Origin: Mytilus californianus | Taxonomy: Eukaryota | Assembly (NCBI RefSeq): GCF_021869535.1 | Contig: NW_026262648.1 | Coordinates: 1,922,001-1,986,000 of the forward strand | DNA: 64,000 nt | Direction: 5' to 3' | Part shown: positions 11,768 through 24,647 of the stretch, piece after piece | How the letters are laid out: every line of letters begins with the position of its first letter | Numbering within the stretch: the first letter of the stretch is position 1 | Notes under the pieces: generated by a model | Seen by the model: the letters and a program-made list of their open reading frames with translations, nothing else | What the model was told of the DNA's origin: nothing | Database searches by the model: none | Program-made: the position numbers and the translations under genes

Positions 11768-13506
11768 ACAAAATTGTACGCCTGGTATCTATGATGAGTA
11801 TTAGTGTCCAAACTTGGATAGCATACAGCCTAGAAAATTGAAGGACGCCTATCTAATATTTGATTTTCTTATTGGACCACGGGGTGGTTATGTAAGAAAC
11901 TATGATATTCCACTCTACCTTGTGGGGATGGGGAAGGGGAAGGGGAAGAGACAATTCTGTTAATATGATCGTTTGAAAATAAATATCCTGATCACAAGAG
12001 GTTGAACATAATTAAGCAAGAAAATAAGATAAATATATATCATTAAGAATTGCCTTCGAAAATGAGTGTACGTTAGGCGCAAAAGATGACAATAATCATG
12101 CGTTGATAAATCCTCTTGAGGAGAGACAAATTAACTCTAGGGGTATGGTCTTCTTTCCAACTTTTAAGAAAAAAATAGTTTTAGTAGGGAGAAGGCAATA
12201 AATTACTGTTTGAGAATTTTTTCCATTAAATTTAACGTCAATTTCTTTAAAAACATCTTAGAAAATAAATAATTTGCTGAATGGTACGAACCAAGCTTTA
12301 GTTCGTAGATGAGTGCAATACAGTATTTTAGGGGCATTTTGATCAGACAAAACGTATTTTACTTCCTTTTTCGGCGGAATATGTTCCGATCTGTGTTGCT
12401 TTTCATAAATTTTTGGTTTTAAACGAAACAATACTGGTTCCGATGTTGTAAACAACATTTACAAAACCTGTCCTTCCATTTTGTCATGACCAATTTCTTT
12501 CGTTCCATGCATAAAATTCGAGTATAGTGCGTAAAGTTACTTGTCTTGCAATATCCATGTATATATCTTTTTTTCTTTACAATGTGCACAATTTAATGAA
12601 AATTAAACAAATTCCAGGTAAAGTTCACTCTATTCATCATTTTGCAGTGCATGTTTACTAATTTCTCACTTAATCTAGAACGGTTGTAGAAAATATAACA
12701 TCTCACAATTGAAACTAGTGATATGTGTATTTATATTCTACAATTTCATACACATAACAAATAAATAATCAGAAATACTACCTGTATCATTTACAAAACC
12801 ATTCAGGATATAAATGCGAAATTGTCTGGAATGTTTTCTTTAAAGAAACGTGATGCATTCGTCTTATATCTAGTTTCTATATTAAACAACTGAAACCTTA
12901 CATAAAACACATCTTGATAATTTCCTTCATGTCTCTGTTGCCAGGAAATGAGGGGAACAAAATGTCTTCGGTCCGTGTCTGATAGGTAAAATCAATGAAA
13001 CAATTCAAATGTTTTTACTTTGTTTTTCCTTGGGTATCTCGATCTTTTCTATCTTTTTTTAGTTGCTTTCCTTCAGCGTAATTTTATTGAAATGCCCAAT
13101 TAATTTATAATTCATTAACTGTTTTAACAGAGCTATGCCTCGCCTATGTGACTTAATTACAAACCTTAAAAATTATTGAGCCTCCGACGCCGGAAACACT
13201 ACGCATAAATTTCGCTTCCTCGACTTTCCTTGCAGGCGAGACAAACACGAAAATTGTTATAAGTATTGTTTTCTAGCTATATGATGAAAAAGAATAGTTT
13301 GTATGTGAATTGTAAAATATAAACAACCTTATACCATCTTCAAAGCTTCTTGGGATAATAGCATTTACATTATTGATCTGATTTAGTCAAACAATAAATA
13401 TATGATTGAATCAGTTGGACAATCATACCACAACTCCTTTTATTAACTATCAATTTACTTTTGAAATATAAAAATGATAACAAATAAATGAATACACATT
13501 ATTTAC

Positions 13507-14043
13507 CTTCTGTAGTACTGTTCCATCTAGTTCCTCGTATTGTGAAGTATCCTTAGTAAAAACTATATTTGGCAAAATCATCGTGAATGCTAAGATGAAC
13601 CGATACCTCAAACGATGAGGAAGGCAACCAAATATGAGAAATACTAAAGTTGTTGGCCAATAATAGTTGCACTCGTAGTACTTGTTGTCAAAGATGTAGA
13701 ATTCAGTGGTCTCTAGTATTATAACTCCAATCACTATATATTTACTATAACTATTTTGAATTTGTCTTATCATTGATGTTAAATAAAATGCTACTAAAAC
13801 TAATAAACATATACATAGCACCGTTATAGCTTTTATTGATGACGAGTCCCAGATGATTAATGTTAAAATCTGTACGATGTTAAATACAATTCCGACGAAA
13901 ATGAGGCATTTAGATAATCTTCTGTATACGATCCATTTGAAGACATGATACTGAATTTCCGTTTGATGATCTCTAAACCCATTCCATGACATAGGTTCAA
14001 ATTGCATCCTGGAAGAAATTGGTTCTACTGAATTATGTGTCAT
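13507..14043 (-). CDS. Adenylyl cyclase-like protein, exon 1 (N-terminus and M1 transmembrane cluster)
   Basis: ATG at 14043, donor AAG|gtaaat; FRDHQTEIQY...multiple hydrophobic helices...WPTTLVFLIFGCLPHRLRY resembles AC W....F.IYT.LP.RMR. Confidence 0.85.
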
Positions 14044-15270
14044 CGTTTTTTAATTGTTACTATTATATTACAGAAATGCAATATTGTGTGGTCTTACACA
14101 TATCCATGTATACATAAATATAGATTATGCTTAAGGAAAAAATACCCGGTATGTGTTTCCTGGTATAATCCATTCGGTGAATTGTGTCATATTCGTTTCC
14201 ACTGTTTATTGTTATTCGAAATAGCAAAGTATCCTTCTATAACAAATTTGATACATCTATCTTTTTTTCTCTTCGAATATGGTCCGGTAACATACCACTT
14301 AAATCACTACTGTTGATGCTTAACACAAAGACTATCTAACAATAAATGTCTTTAATGTATTTATTCCGACAAATCAGCATTGTGACGTACGTTTTAATCT
14401 CGGATCAATACTAATTACAACAGATTCATATGTTCTATTGTCATGTTATCTTTCTATAAATTCTTATTCTTAACTTTAATTTGTTTCTATTACAAAAGAA
14501 AACAAATCAAAGTCTGTGCATGAAACCATTAGCCATCTTTCAGTGTTGACAACCAGACAACGTAATGAAATTTAATACAAAGGTTTCTAATTCTGATAAC
14601 AATTCAATAATGCACATATCAAAGATTCAAGTAACAACTATACTCACGATAGTAACAATTATAAAAAAAAATGGTTCGTCGTTCATTTTTCGAAACAGGA
14701 AAATTATCAGCTAGCGTCTGATTTTAATAGCATTCAATATGTACTTTTATTAGCACATTAATTTCCTATTAGCGCATCCATATCAAAATTGGTCTGAATA
14801 TTTCAGTTTTACTGGAAGGTATGTCTCCTTAATGAAGTTTCCTCTTTGCGTTGTTATATTTTACTTTAATCTAGAACTCGTCCTCATCAACTTCCATTGC
14901 TTTTATTACCTTAAATTAAATTCTGGCAGATATTAATAGTTAATTAAAACATAATCGATAGTTATTTATTTCAAATGTTTAGAGTTACTACAGCAAGTTT
15001 ATTTTGGATAACGACATTATACAGGGTGTTTCCAGGCAGAAAATAATTGCTTGCAGAGCCATTTACCGTATTTGCATTTGATTTCTATCTCTTTCTACTT
15101 TGGCAGTATTGAAAAAAATCCAATAACAACAAATTCTGCTATAAAAAAATGAGTTATTGGTCTATTGGGCCAGGTGTATTTTTGTCGGATTATATTTCGT
15201 ATATACAAATATATATTTATGTTTATTACACATGTCACTATTTATTATTCTACCCTTAGTTTATTTATTT

Positions 15271-15750
15271 TGTATTTACATTGTGTAATAGGTCAAATTT
15301 ATTTGTTCAGTGTATGTTCAATGGTGTTAATATGTCCTTTGATTGAGTTCAGCTATTTCAGTTGATATTTTATAGTGTGTCTTTCTATGTTGTGATGTTA
15401 CACTATTGTTTCAGAAAAAGGGTGAAGGTTTGGTACCATTAAAACGAATAAACCCGCTGCATTTGTTTGCACCTGTCTTAAGTCATGAATCTGATGTTCA
15501 GTAGTTGTCGTTTGTTGATGTGGTTCATAAGTGTTTCTCGTTTCTCGTTTTTTATATAGATTAGACCGTTGGTTTTCCCGTTTGAATGGTTTTACACTAG
15601 TAATTTTTTGGGGCCCTTTATAGCTTACTGTTCGGTGTGAGCCAAGGCTCCGTGTTGAAGACCGTACTGTGACCTATAATGGTTTACTTTTATAAATTTT
15701 GACTAGGATGGAGAGTTGTCTCATTGGCACTCATATCACATCTTCTTATA
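15271..15750 (+). repeat. Interspersed repeat, near-identical to 18746-19245
   Basis: CCCTTAGTTTATTTATTTTG...GGCACTCATA(T/C)CACATCTTCTTATATCT; shorter relatives at 48210, 48480, 53340 and 36573. Confidence 0.85.
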
Positions 15751-15789
15751 TCTATATAGTAAACAGTTTACTTACTTATAATATTTTCG

Positions 15790-16250
15790 TTTATTATACT
15801 TGACGTTGAAATGCCAGATTTTGATTGGTTCATAAGAGGGAGACATTTTGCTCTATCCAATGCCTCAGCGGTAGACTTTTTTTTTAATGTCACCCTCTCG
15901 TGCAAACCAATCAAAAATCGATAATTTAAAAGACTGAATTGAAATTACATCAATGAGTTTAAAGACAATGCTCATACATATTTCTTCATTTTTGTTACAT
16001 TTCAAATGACTGTAACGTTGTTATGTACACGCAGTCATAGTTTATTACTTTCAATTTAAAATTCAAAAGACAATACTGACAGAATATTCAGTAAAATAAA
16101 TTGAATAATACATGGCTGAGAGAGTGACAGAGCAGAGGGTTACCTCTCAAAAAAAACATGGTCAACCTTGGCTTCGCCTTGGTTGAAAATGTTTTCTCGG
16201 GTTAACATTCTGCTCTATCACCCTTTCAGCAATGTGTTATTTATATAATA
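15790..16250 (-). mobile_element. Palindrome-core non-autonomous element, inverted relative to 19644-20085
   Basis: Central fold-back around CCTTGGCTTCGCC. Confidence 0.6.
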
Positions 16251-16354
16251 TAACGTTAATAGTACTCGATTGTTGTCGACCTATAACGACAAATAAATAT
16301 ACAAAAATTAATATATTCCGACTCATTTATTTTTGTGTCTGCATTAATATTAAT

Positions 16355-16590
16355 TGAGGACAGGAGATTGTGGGTCCGACCCCTTGATCAAACTTAAGAA
16401 ATTAAAATTGGCATTTGTTGTTTCTCAGCCAAACAAGTTGCATTTATGAGTAAGTACAGAGACCGGTTGGCTTGGAGTTAGATTGAATCGTTTGCGTAGG
16501 GTGCTATGTCTTTCTGTGGCCTATTACCGTATGAGCTAGCCTATTAAGAACCAAATCAATGTGTAGGTTTAGTATAAAGCAGGCTAAGTT
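16355..16590 (+). mobile_element. Degenerate Meta/MESC-type SINE
   Basis: TCAAAC...AAAATTGGCATTTGTTGTTTCTC...GAGTAAG...GGTTGGCT core. Confidence 0.55.
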
Positions 16591-17654
16591 AATGTCTCAT
16601 TACTAGGTTATTGTCCTAAATAAGCTGGTAATAGTTGCCACTTGACATCAATGATTTAATCAATCTACAAATATAATGAAAGGAATTTTTACAAAAAATC
16701 TGTGTATCACTGTATATTCACCTTATCAAAGGTATTTATATATAACTATATTATTCTATAAATCAAATAAATCAAATGAATGATATGTTTTGAAAGAGAC
16801 AATATCAAAATTGGATTACTTGAAATCTAAACCGTCTAAAATAATATTAAAAGTAATGTGTCAAAGTCAAGCTAATTTTTCAAGCCTCAAAATAAAATTG
16901 GATAACAAATAAACTATTGTTAAGCAAGGACTAATAGACGATTGATGACAAACAAAGAAAAAAGGGGGATCATGCTTTAATGTGTATGATTAAATTTTTC
17001 AGGTAAGCATCAATTACCTTTACTAAGAACATTTTCTAATCGATCGATGAAATCTAAGTTTGCTTCTGGTTTGTTGGAGTTTTAACTAAACCAAATTTAA
17101 GATTTCTTGATTAACTAAGAATATGTTAATCATTAGAATATATTCTTTATTTCATCTTATTTCATACATTTTCCTGCATAAAAAGATTGATATTTGAAAA
17201 GCATAGCTGTATTGTTGTCATAAGATCAAAGAATATCTTTGTTTTGCTTAAATAAAAGATAATTAAACTTTGTTATAAAACACTAATTAGTTTGTTTAAC
17301 AATCAATATTTTCACCATTTAGACAATTGTTCATTAATTAAGGTCTATGTTTATTTTATAATTAGGGAAGTAATTCACAGTAATTAAATATTTCGTTTAA
17401 AATTAAAAAAAAAAAAACAACAAAAAATATATTTATAAAAGTAAAGTCAACATTAAGTTAAAATAATTAAAAATTGTAAAAGTCAAATTAAATAGACTTT
17501 TTACATGTATACTTATATTCAATTCATGGAACAGTTACTGTATATGCTAGAATCTTTTGTGACTTCTAGTTGTTTTTCAAAATGTTTCATTTTTCTATTC
17601 ACTAATAAAATTTTCAAATGTAATGTGTAATTCAAGGCATTACTTTGCAAAAGT

Positions 17655-17775
17655 AATTGTAATATAATGCATTACTTTGATAAATGCATGTAATTGTAAT
17701 TGTAATATAATGCATGGTTTGGTCAAAGTAATTGTAATATAATGCATTACATTGCAATGTAATTCGCCCCATGCC
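17655..17775. repeat. Short tandem GTAATTGTAATATAATGCAT repeats
   Basis: Three to four imperfect copies. Confidence 0.7.
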
Positions 17776-17820
17776 TGGTAGTGATGTCATAGATTTTAAC
17801 GAACGTAATCAATGAATCAC

Positions 17821-18470
17821 TGGTAAATTGTTAAATCAAGGATTTCGTTACCATAAATTACGTAAAACTTTTGCTAAGTTCTTTCATAGATACAAAGATT
17901 TAATTAGTAAATTTGGCTGTACTTGTAGAAAACTGATTAAAAACGGTATTTCACATCCTAAATTTCACGGTAATATTGTACTTAAAGCGCGGAAATCACT
18001 ATGTGATCCGTGTAAACTCATCGAACCTTTAAACAAACTTATTAGTAAAGGTTATCTAACCAATGTTGTAATTAGATCTTTGAATATAGTTTACATTGGC
18101 ACTAATATCGAGTTTGTCATCAGCAAATTAAAACATAACTAAATATGTATTTTTTTCAAGCGAGATGTATAAAGACACACCCACGTTTGTTTAGATCTAT
18201 AAAGAGGTTAAACTCCTAACTATCCTACTGTCTGTCGATACATTTATTTTTGGCATTGCACTAGTCATGTCTTCTTTGACTGTCCATGACGTTAAAATAC
18301 TAAATCCCTGGGATGTGTTTTAGTTAATTTTAGTCTCTGATGCATGATTTTTCATTATTAATTGTTTTGGCTTTTAACTAGCTGTCAGTAACTGCGAGTA
18401 CTCTCAAATCGTACTTTCTTGTTTATTTGACCTGTTGATACTAATTGTATTGCTTTTTTGTTATTTAATG
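17821..18470 (+). mobile_element. Penelope-like family B, RT C-terminus (ORF 17828-18142) plus 3' UTR
   Basis: LLNQGFRYHKLRKTFAKFFHRY...GISHP.F.GNI parallels family A LLHQGFRYHKLVKTFTKFYHRY...GISHPIFYGNI. Confidence 0.85.
18278..18335 (+). ncRNA. SECIS-like element, family B (3' GA mutated to AA)
   Basis: ATGA C GTTAAAATAC T AAA TCCCTGGGA T GTGTTTTAGT TAAT; helix I GACTG/TAGTC. Confidence 0.5.
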
Positions 18471-18745
18471 TTATTCAGGGTTATATCTGGTCTATATATC
18501 ACCTTTGATAAGTGTTTGGTATAACTATAAATTTTCACTTCGTACTATTAACATCAAAATTATTTATTTTGTAAAAATATTTCCTTTCTCTATTGGTACT
18601 ATACACGTATACCTAACAACAAAATTATTTTCATTTACCTGTGTTTAAAGTTATTGCAAATGGCTGATAGTTTTGTTCGATCATATTGTTTTTCTTTAAT
18701 TGTTTAACATTTCTTACCGATATAACATGTTAGTTTTATTATTCT

Positions 18746-19245
18746 TCCCTTAGTTTATTTATTTTGTATTTACATTGTTTCATAGGTCTAATTTATTTGT
18801 TCAGTGTATGTTCAATGGTGTTAATATGTCCTTTGATTGAGTTAAGCTATTTCAGTTGATATTTTATTGTGTGTCTTTCTATGTTGTGATGTTACACTAT
18901 TGTTTCAGAAAAAGGGTGAAGGTTTGGTACCATTAAAACGTTTAAACCCGTTGCATTTGTTTGCACCTGTCCTAAGTCAGGAATCTGATGTTCAGTAGTT
19001 GTCGTTTGTTGATGTGGTTCATAAGTGTTTCTCGTTTCTCGTTTTTTATATATATTATACCGTTGGTTTTCCCGTTTGAATGGTTTTACACTAGTAATTT
19101 TTTGGGGCCCTTTATAGCTTACTGTTCGGTGTGAGCCAATGCTCCGTATTGAAGACCGTACTGTGACCTATAATGGTTTACTTTATAAATTTTGACTTGG
19201 ATGGAGAGTTGTCTCATTGGCACTCATACCACATCTTCTTATATC
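18746..19245 (+). repeat. Interspersed repeat, near-identical to 15271-15750
   Basis: Collinear over about 480 bp. Confidence 0.85.
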
Positions 19246-19643
19246 TAATTATTGTTTTAGCTTATAACATAAGATAAACTATGGGGTTATCATTTGATTA
19301 TTAGGGAGGGGTGCGAACAAAAAATTCCTTTTCACCTATTCGCGAGGCAAAGCTGAACAAACATTTATTTTTGGTTTCATACTCAATTGTATACGTGGAA
19401 CAATATTCATCTTCATCCTGTCTTGGACAAGATTATTTATTTTCAGTTCTTACCAAGTAGGCATATTCATTTCCAAAATCCTCCTGCTACCCTACCCCGA
19501 GAAAAATCAAAATCTTTAAGTCGTCCCATAAAGGTATAATACTAGTCAGAGTTCATTTGGATGCGTTAAAATTTTCTATCAAAATTACTTTAAAGACGTA
19601 CAAAGAATTTGGTGTTACTTTTTTCTTTCTAATATTGGTTATC

Positions 19644-20085
19644 ATTATATAAATAACATAAAGCTGAAAGGGTGATAGAGCAGATTGTTACCCCGAGAAA
19701 ACATTGTCAACTGAGGCGAAGCCAAGGTTGACAATGTCTTTTCGAGGGGTAACAATCTGCTCTATCACCCTCTCAGATATGTGTTATTTAATTTGTTATA
19801 CTGAATGTTCTGTTATTACTGTCGATTAAGTTTTAAATTCAAAGTAATAAATTATAACGTCTTGTACATAACAACCATCCGTATTTAATAAAGCGCACAC
19901 TTGATCAAGCGTCTCCGTGAAGGGTAATAGAGTATTTGCCATAGGATAGAGTCGTATTTAATAAAGCGCACACTTAATCAAGCGTCTCCGTGAAGGGTAA
20001 TAGAGTATTTACCATAAAATAGAGTAAATTAACACCCTCGTATAAGCCAATCAAAATATTGCATTTTTACGTGAAGTATAATAAA
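19644..20085 (+). mobile_element. Palindrome-core element containing a 73-bp tandem duplication (19880-20025)
   Basis: Arms 19651-19711 and 19727-19789 are inverted repeats around TGAGGCGAAGCCAAG. Confidence 0.7.
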
Positions 20086-20320
20086 ATTGTTTAAGATTTC
20101 TTCGGAAAGCTTTAACAAAGCCTTATTTGATCAATCGAAACAAACTGAATATGTTTTATGTATATAATCAAACCATTAACTGATAAAGCCGTGGTCAACA
20201 TTCCCGATTAAAATTTGTCAAAAGTCTGATTAAGATTCTATGAATCGTGGCTGGAAATTCAAACGTTAATTTAAATTTGTAAAATCAATAATTTAATCAC
20301 GACAACAATCATATATTGTT

Positions 20321-20875
20321 TAGGGAGCGTCCTAGTTCAGCCGTTTCCAGCCAAATTTGTCCCGATTATCCCCTTTCTCATTCCGATTCTAATCCGATTT
20401 GTATCTTTCGCATGGTTAAAAACGACCGAATCTGTCCCGACAGCGTCCCGATTCAACCGAATGTGATCCGACAGATATTAGACAGTGACCAGACAGTGAA
20501 CCGACGCTGACATTTCTCCAGATCATGCCCGTTCTACAGGACACCGTCCAGAAATCACAGAACATTGTTACGATTTTGATCCGATACAGACGAATCTGTC
20601 ACGACATAGTCACGATTATAATTCGACTTGACAAAATCGGCTGAGTTTCCCCTAATGTTACGGGACGCACCTAACTCTCGGGGTGCTTGGCCGACCTCTC
20701 CGGACCATTCCCGATCCGTAGGAATCTGTTACGATCGTATTCGTCTGCGTTCAGACAATGATAGGACATTCCAGATCATTCAGGATAGTAATCCGATTTT
20801 TTTCACTTTTCGTGTCTTAGCGCTGTCTGATCTCAAACGGGAGCCATAATCGGCACTTTGTGAACGCCGCATTAG
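20321..20875. mobile_element. GC-rich non-autonomous element fragment (Harbinger-like end possible)
   Basis: Abrupt GC rise, many CCGATT/AATCGG motifs, right end TGTGAACGCCGC; matching left end not seen. Confidence 0.35.
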
Positions 20876-20945
20876 ATATGACCACGTTAGTTTTACCCTG
20901 GACATTTGACGCCTAATACAAATAATTTGAAAAATACTACAGGAT

Positions 20946-22395
20946 AAAATTGAGAATGGAAATGGGGAATGTGTCATGGAGACAACAACCCGACCATAGA
21001 GCAGACAACAGCCGAAGGCCACCAATGGGTCTTCAATGCAGCGAGAAACTCCCGCACCCGAAGGCGTCCTTTAGCTGGCCCCTAAACAAATATGTATACT
21101 AGTTCAGTGATAATGGACGTCATACTAAACTCCAAATTATACACAGGAAACTAAAATTAAAAATGATACAAGACTAACAAAGGCCAGAGGCTCCTGACTT
21201 GGGACAGGCGCAAAAATGCGGCGGGGTTAAACATGTTTATGATATCTCAACCCTCCCCCTATACCTCTAGCCAATGTAGAAAAAACAAACGCACAACAGT
21301 ACGTACAGTAAAACTCAGTATAAGAGAAGTCCGAGTCCGATGTCAGAATAGGAAACAAAAGAAAATAAACAAAATGACAATAATACATATATAACAACAG
21401 ACTACTAGCAGTTACTGACATACCAGCTCCAGACCTCAATTAAACTGATTAAAAGATTATGTCTTCATCATATGAATATCAGGCACAATCCCTCCTGTTA
21501 GGGGTTTAGTATTATACCGTCATAAAATATATGAGAAGAACATAACCCGTGTCATGCCAACAACTGGTTTTAGAATAAATGTGTTTAATTCCGATGCAAA
21601 GACCCTATAAGTGAATCAATATTAAAGCCAAACTATGCAATCTTTAATGACCTGACAACAGTATCGTAACTATATCCCTTCTTAATAAGTCTGTTTAAAG
21701 GTTTTGTTAGCTTTTGAGGTGAATACTGACATTTTTGTGCTTTGTAAAGAATATTACCATAAAAGATTGGATGTGAAATACCCGAACGTATAAGATATCT
21801 GCATGTTGAGTTATATTTACGAATGATGTACTTATACCGATGATAAAATTTAGTAAAATTTTTGACTAGTTTATGATATCGAAAACCCTGGTGTAATAAT
21901 TTTTTAGTAATTATACATAAATTTCTCTCGCTAAAATCTATTACGTTGTTACATACACGAGCGAATCGTACAAGTTGAGATATATAAACACCATAAGATG
22001 GTGACAAGGGAACGTCACCATCTAAAAGTGGATAATTAACGATAGAAAATGAAAAATCATCTCTTTTATCATAAATTTTTGTATTAAGCTTCCCGTTAAT
22101 GATATAGATATCAAGATCGAGGAAAGGACAGTGGTCATTGTTAGTATTTAATTAGCTTTATTTAAAGTAAGTTCAACAGGATAAATTTCTTTAGTATACA
22201 TACTGAAGTCGTCATTATTGAGAGCCAATATATCATCCAAATATCTAAAAGTATTGTTAAATTTTTGTATCAGATGTTGTTTCGATGGGTCTTTGCTGAT
22301 TTTAGTCATAAATTGTAACTCATAACAATACAAAAACAGGTCCGCAATAAGTGGTGCACAGTTAGTCCCCATTGGGAATCCAAAGGAGTAAACAT
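20946..22395 (-). mobile_element. Penelope-like family A, 5'-truncated, RT frameshifted
   Basis: FPMGTNCAPLIADLFLYCYE...FRYLDDIL (22148-22426) and SPSYGVYISQLVRFARVC (21633-22007); no C-terminal GIY-YIG. Confidence 0.9.
21463..21538 (-). ncRNA. SECIS-like element, family A copy
   Basis: ATGA C GGTATAATACT AAA CCCCTAACAGGA GGGATTGTGCC TGAT. Confidence 0.65.
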
Positions 22396-24250
22396 GTGTT
22401 TTTATTAATATTGAATACTTGAACATTCTTTAATGGCGTATCAGTTAAGTTTTGATATACAAATATATATGTTTTTGCGTAAAAACATTGTTATCGATAG
22501 CCAAAGACAAACAAATTGTTCGGTGTTATTATCAAAATACGGGTTACGTTTTCGGAGCTGCTACGATATTCCTTTTTTTCTTTTTTTTTTTTTTTTTAAA
22601 GTGTGACTACACAAGTTTTTTGAAAATGTTATTTTTTTAATACAATGTATATAGCCAGACTTGAAGTATTATAATGCAGTTAGACTTATTTACACTTAGA
22701 ATATATTTGAAAGTTCTAACTAGGTTTAAGGAAGTTACGAGCGACCTGATGAGACAAACCCTTTCAACTGGTTTTGCAGTTTGTTCTTTTGTTGTGCTAT
22801 GACAACATTGTACCAGATTAGAAGAGAAGATGGCCCACAATAAGCATTTTTAAACCGAGTCTTCTTGTTTGGGGGCAGCCCCTTTATTCCATATTCTAAC
22901 ACCTAATTAGTATCAAACCCGATTGGTCCGACGTCCAAATAATCCGACACCCCAGTAGTCTGACTACCAATATTTAGAAAAAAGTTAATATCTTTGTATA
23001 CTAGAAAGCCTGATGACGTGTTCATTTTGTATTATCAAAAACTGTGTTGGAACAGAAAGCCCTGTTCATCGGCTAATCAAGAACAAATTATATTTCAGTC
23101 TAGTCGTATTCAGTTAGGACTAGACATAATTTATTTAGACTAGTCTCAATTAACTAAGGCTAGACATAAATAGATTTTAGACTAGACATTATTCTAATTT
23201 TGACAAGACATGATTCTGGTTAAGGCTAGTCATAATTAATTAACTAAACATTTATAACTATTTATGACACGCATACCGCGCCATACTCTTCTGTCTAGAC
23301 CTTTTGCCAGATGAGCTTAACTGTAACAATGATGCAATTTTTAAAAGGAGCGTCAGTTTACTTTGCCTGTATTATGTGCACCGATTTTTGATAAAGAGTG
23401 AAGTTTATTCCTTGAACACTTGAGACAGTGGGAAATTGGTGTATCTTACTTCCAAATAGAACTCTATTAAGTTTGACCGTTCTTCATTTGTACTATTAAT
23501 CTTTTATGAGCATATGAGTTCACAAAAAAAAAAACGTTAGATGGTAAATTGTATAGAAACCATTGTCATTGAAAACTATGTATTTCAATCAATAATGTTA
23601 TCATTTTCTCGACATCTATTAAACAAACGGAGAGATCAGAGGTAACAGAATTTTGTATGAAATCGGTTATTTGCTATGCAATGAACAACTTCAGAACCTT
23701 GCGGAACAGGAACAGTATCTTCCTATTTCTCTAATAGGTGTGTACGAATGTATATCATAGGAACATTTCAGTATGACATTTCTCTGTTGATAGAGAAGGC
23801 GTTTAAGAGAAAGACTATTAGGAAAATCTAACAATATGATGCAAAGGTTAACTCTTTAGGAATTATGTCACTAAGGCAAATTTGTTTTTGTTATGTTTTA
23901 TGCTTTGTATCGATCTCATGAGTTAAGCTCTTTTCAACTGATTTTTATAAGTCTGTGTCAAAATTTTTTTTAAAAATCTGCCACAAAGATAACTGCTTAA
24001 GAAGAAGAATATCAACTCGAAAAAGAACAACACAATGCTTTAAATTCGGTATTTGTTGCTCTACCAGATCACGTGACAATAAAGACTGGTCGACACGTAG
24101 TCGAACAAACCATGCCTGTTTAATTCCGATCGGTGTATTGTCGGTCTATTTAAAGCAGCTGCAGGGTATCTTCATTTCGGAATTTAATTTTGGGTCCTCA
24201 GTGCCTTTCAAATTATTACTTGATTTGGCCTTTTAACTTTTTTGATTCGA

Positions 24251-24294
24251 GTGTCACTGATGAGTCTTTTATAAACGAAACGCGAGTCTGGTGT
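24251..24294 (+). ncRNA. Minimal type I hammerhead ribozyme, degenerate stems
   Basis: GTGTCA CTGATGA GTC TTTTATA AAC GAAA CGCGA GTC TGGTGT; core intact, mismatches in stems II and III. Confidence 0.6.
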
Positions 24295-24347
24295 ACAAAA
24301 TTATAAGCCTGGTACCTCTGATGTTTTGTTTTTCATATCATATTAAT

Positions 24348-24647
24348 ATGAGGGTATGGATGGGGGTCCTTCATTTCTGTATTCTTTAATTTTTTCGCTC
24401 ATTATTTTTTTATCTTTAAAAATAATGGCTATTCTGTAATTACTTGATAACTGTATTCTGGACATTGTTTTTTTCTGTAATCAGTATAGTTTTACCCAAT
24501 TCTTTAATTTTTGCAGTTATTCTTTATATTTTAGCACCCCATCATTCTCTTTTCTTTATTTTTTTTTTTTTTTTTTGCCCATTTTCTCGATTCTTTTTCT
24601 TTTTGGCCCATTATTCTTTATTCTGTTAATCCCATCCACATCCTCTT
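24348..24647. mobile_element. MITE with GAGGGT.TGGATGGG TIRs; relative at 46230-46430
   Basis: TGAGGGTATGGATGGG ... CCCATCCACATCCTCT with a pyrimidine-rich repetitive interior. Confidence 0.6.
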
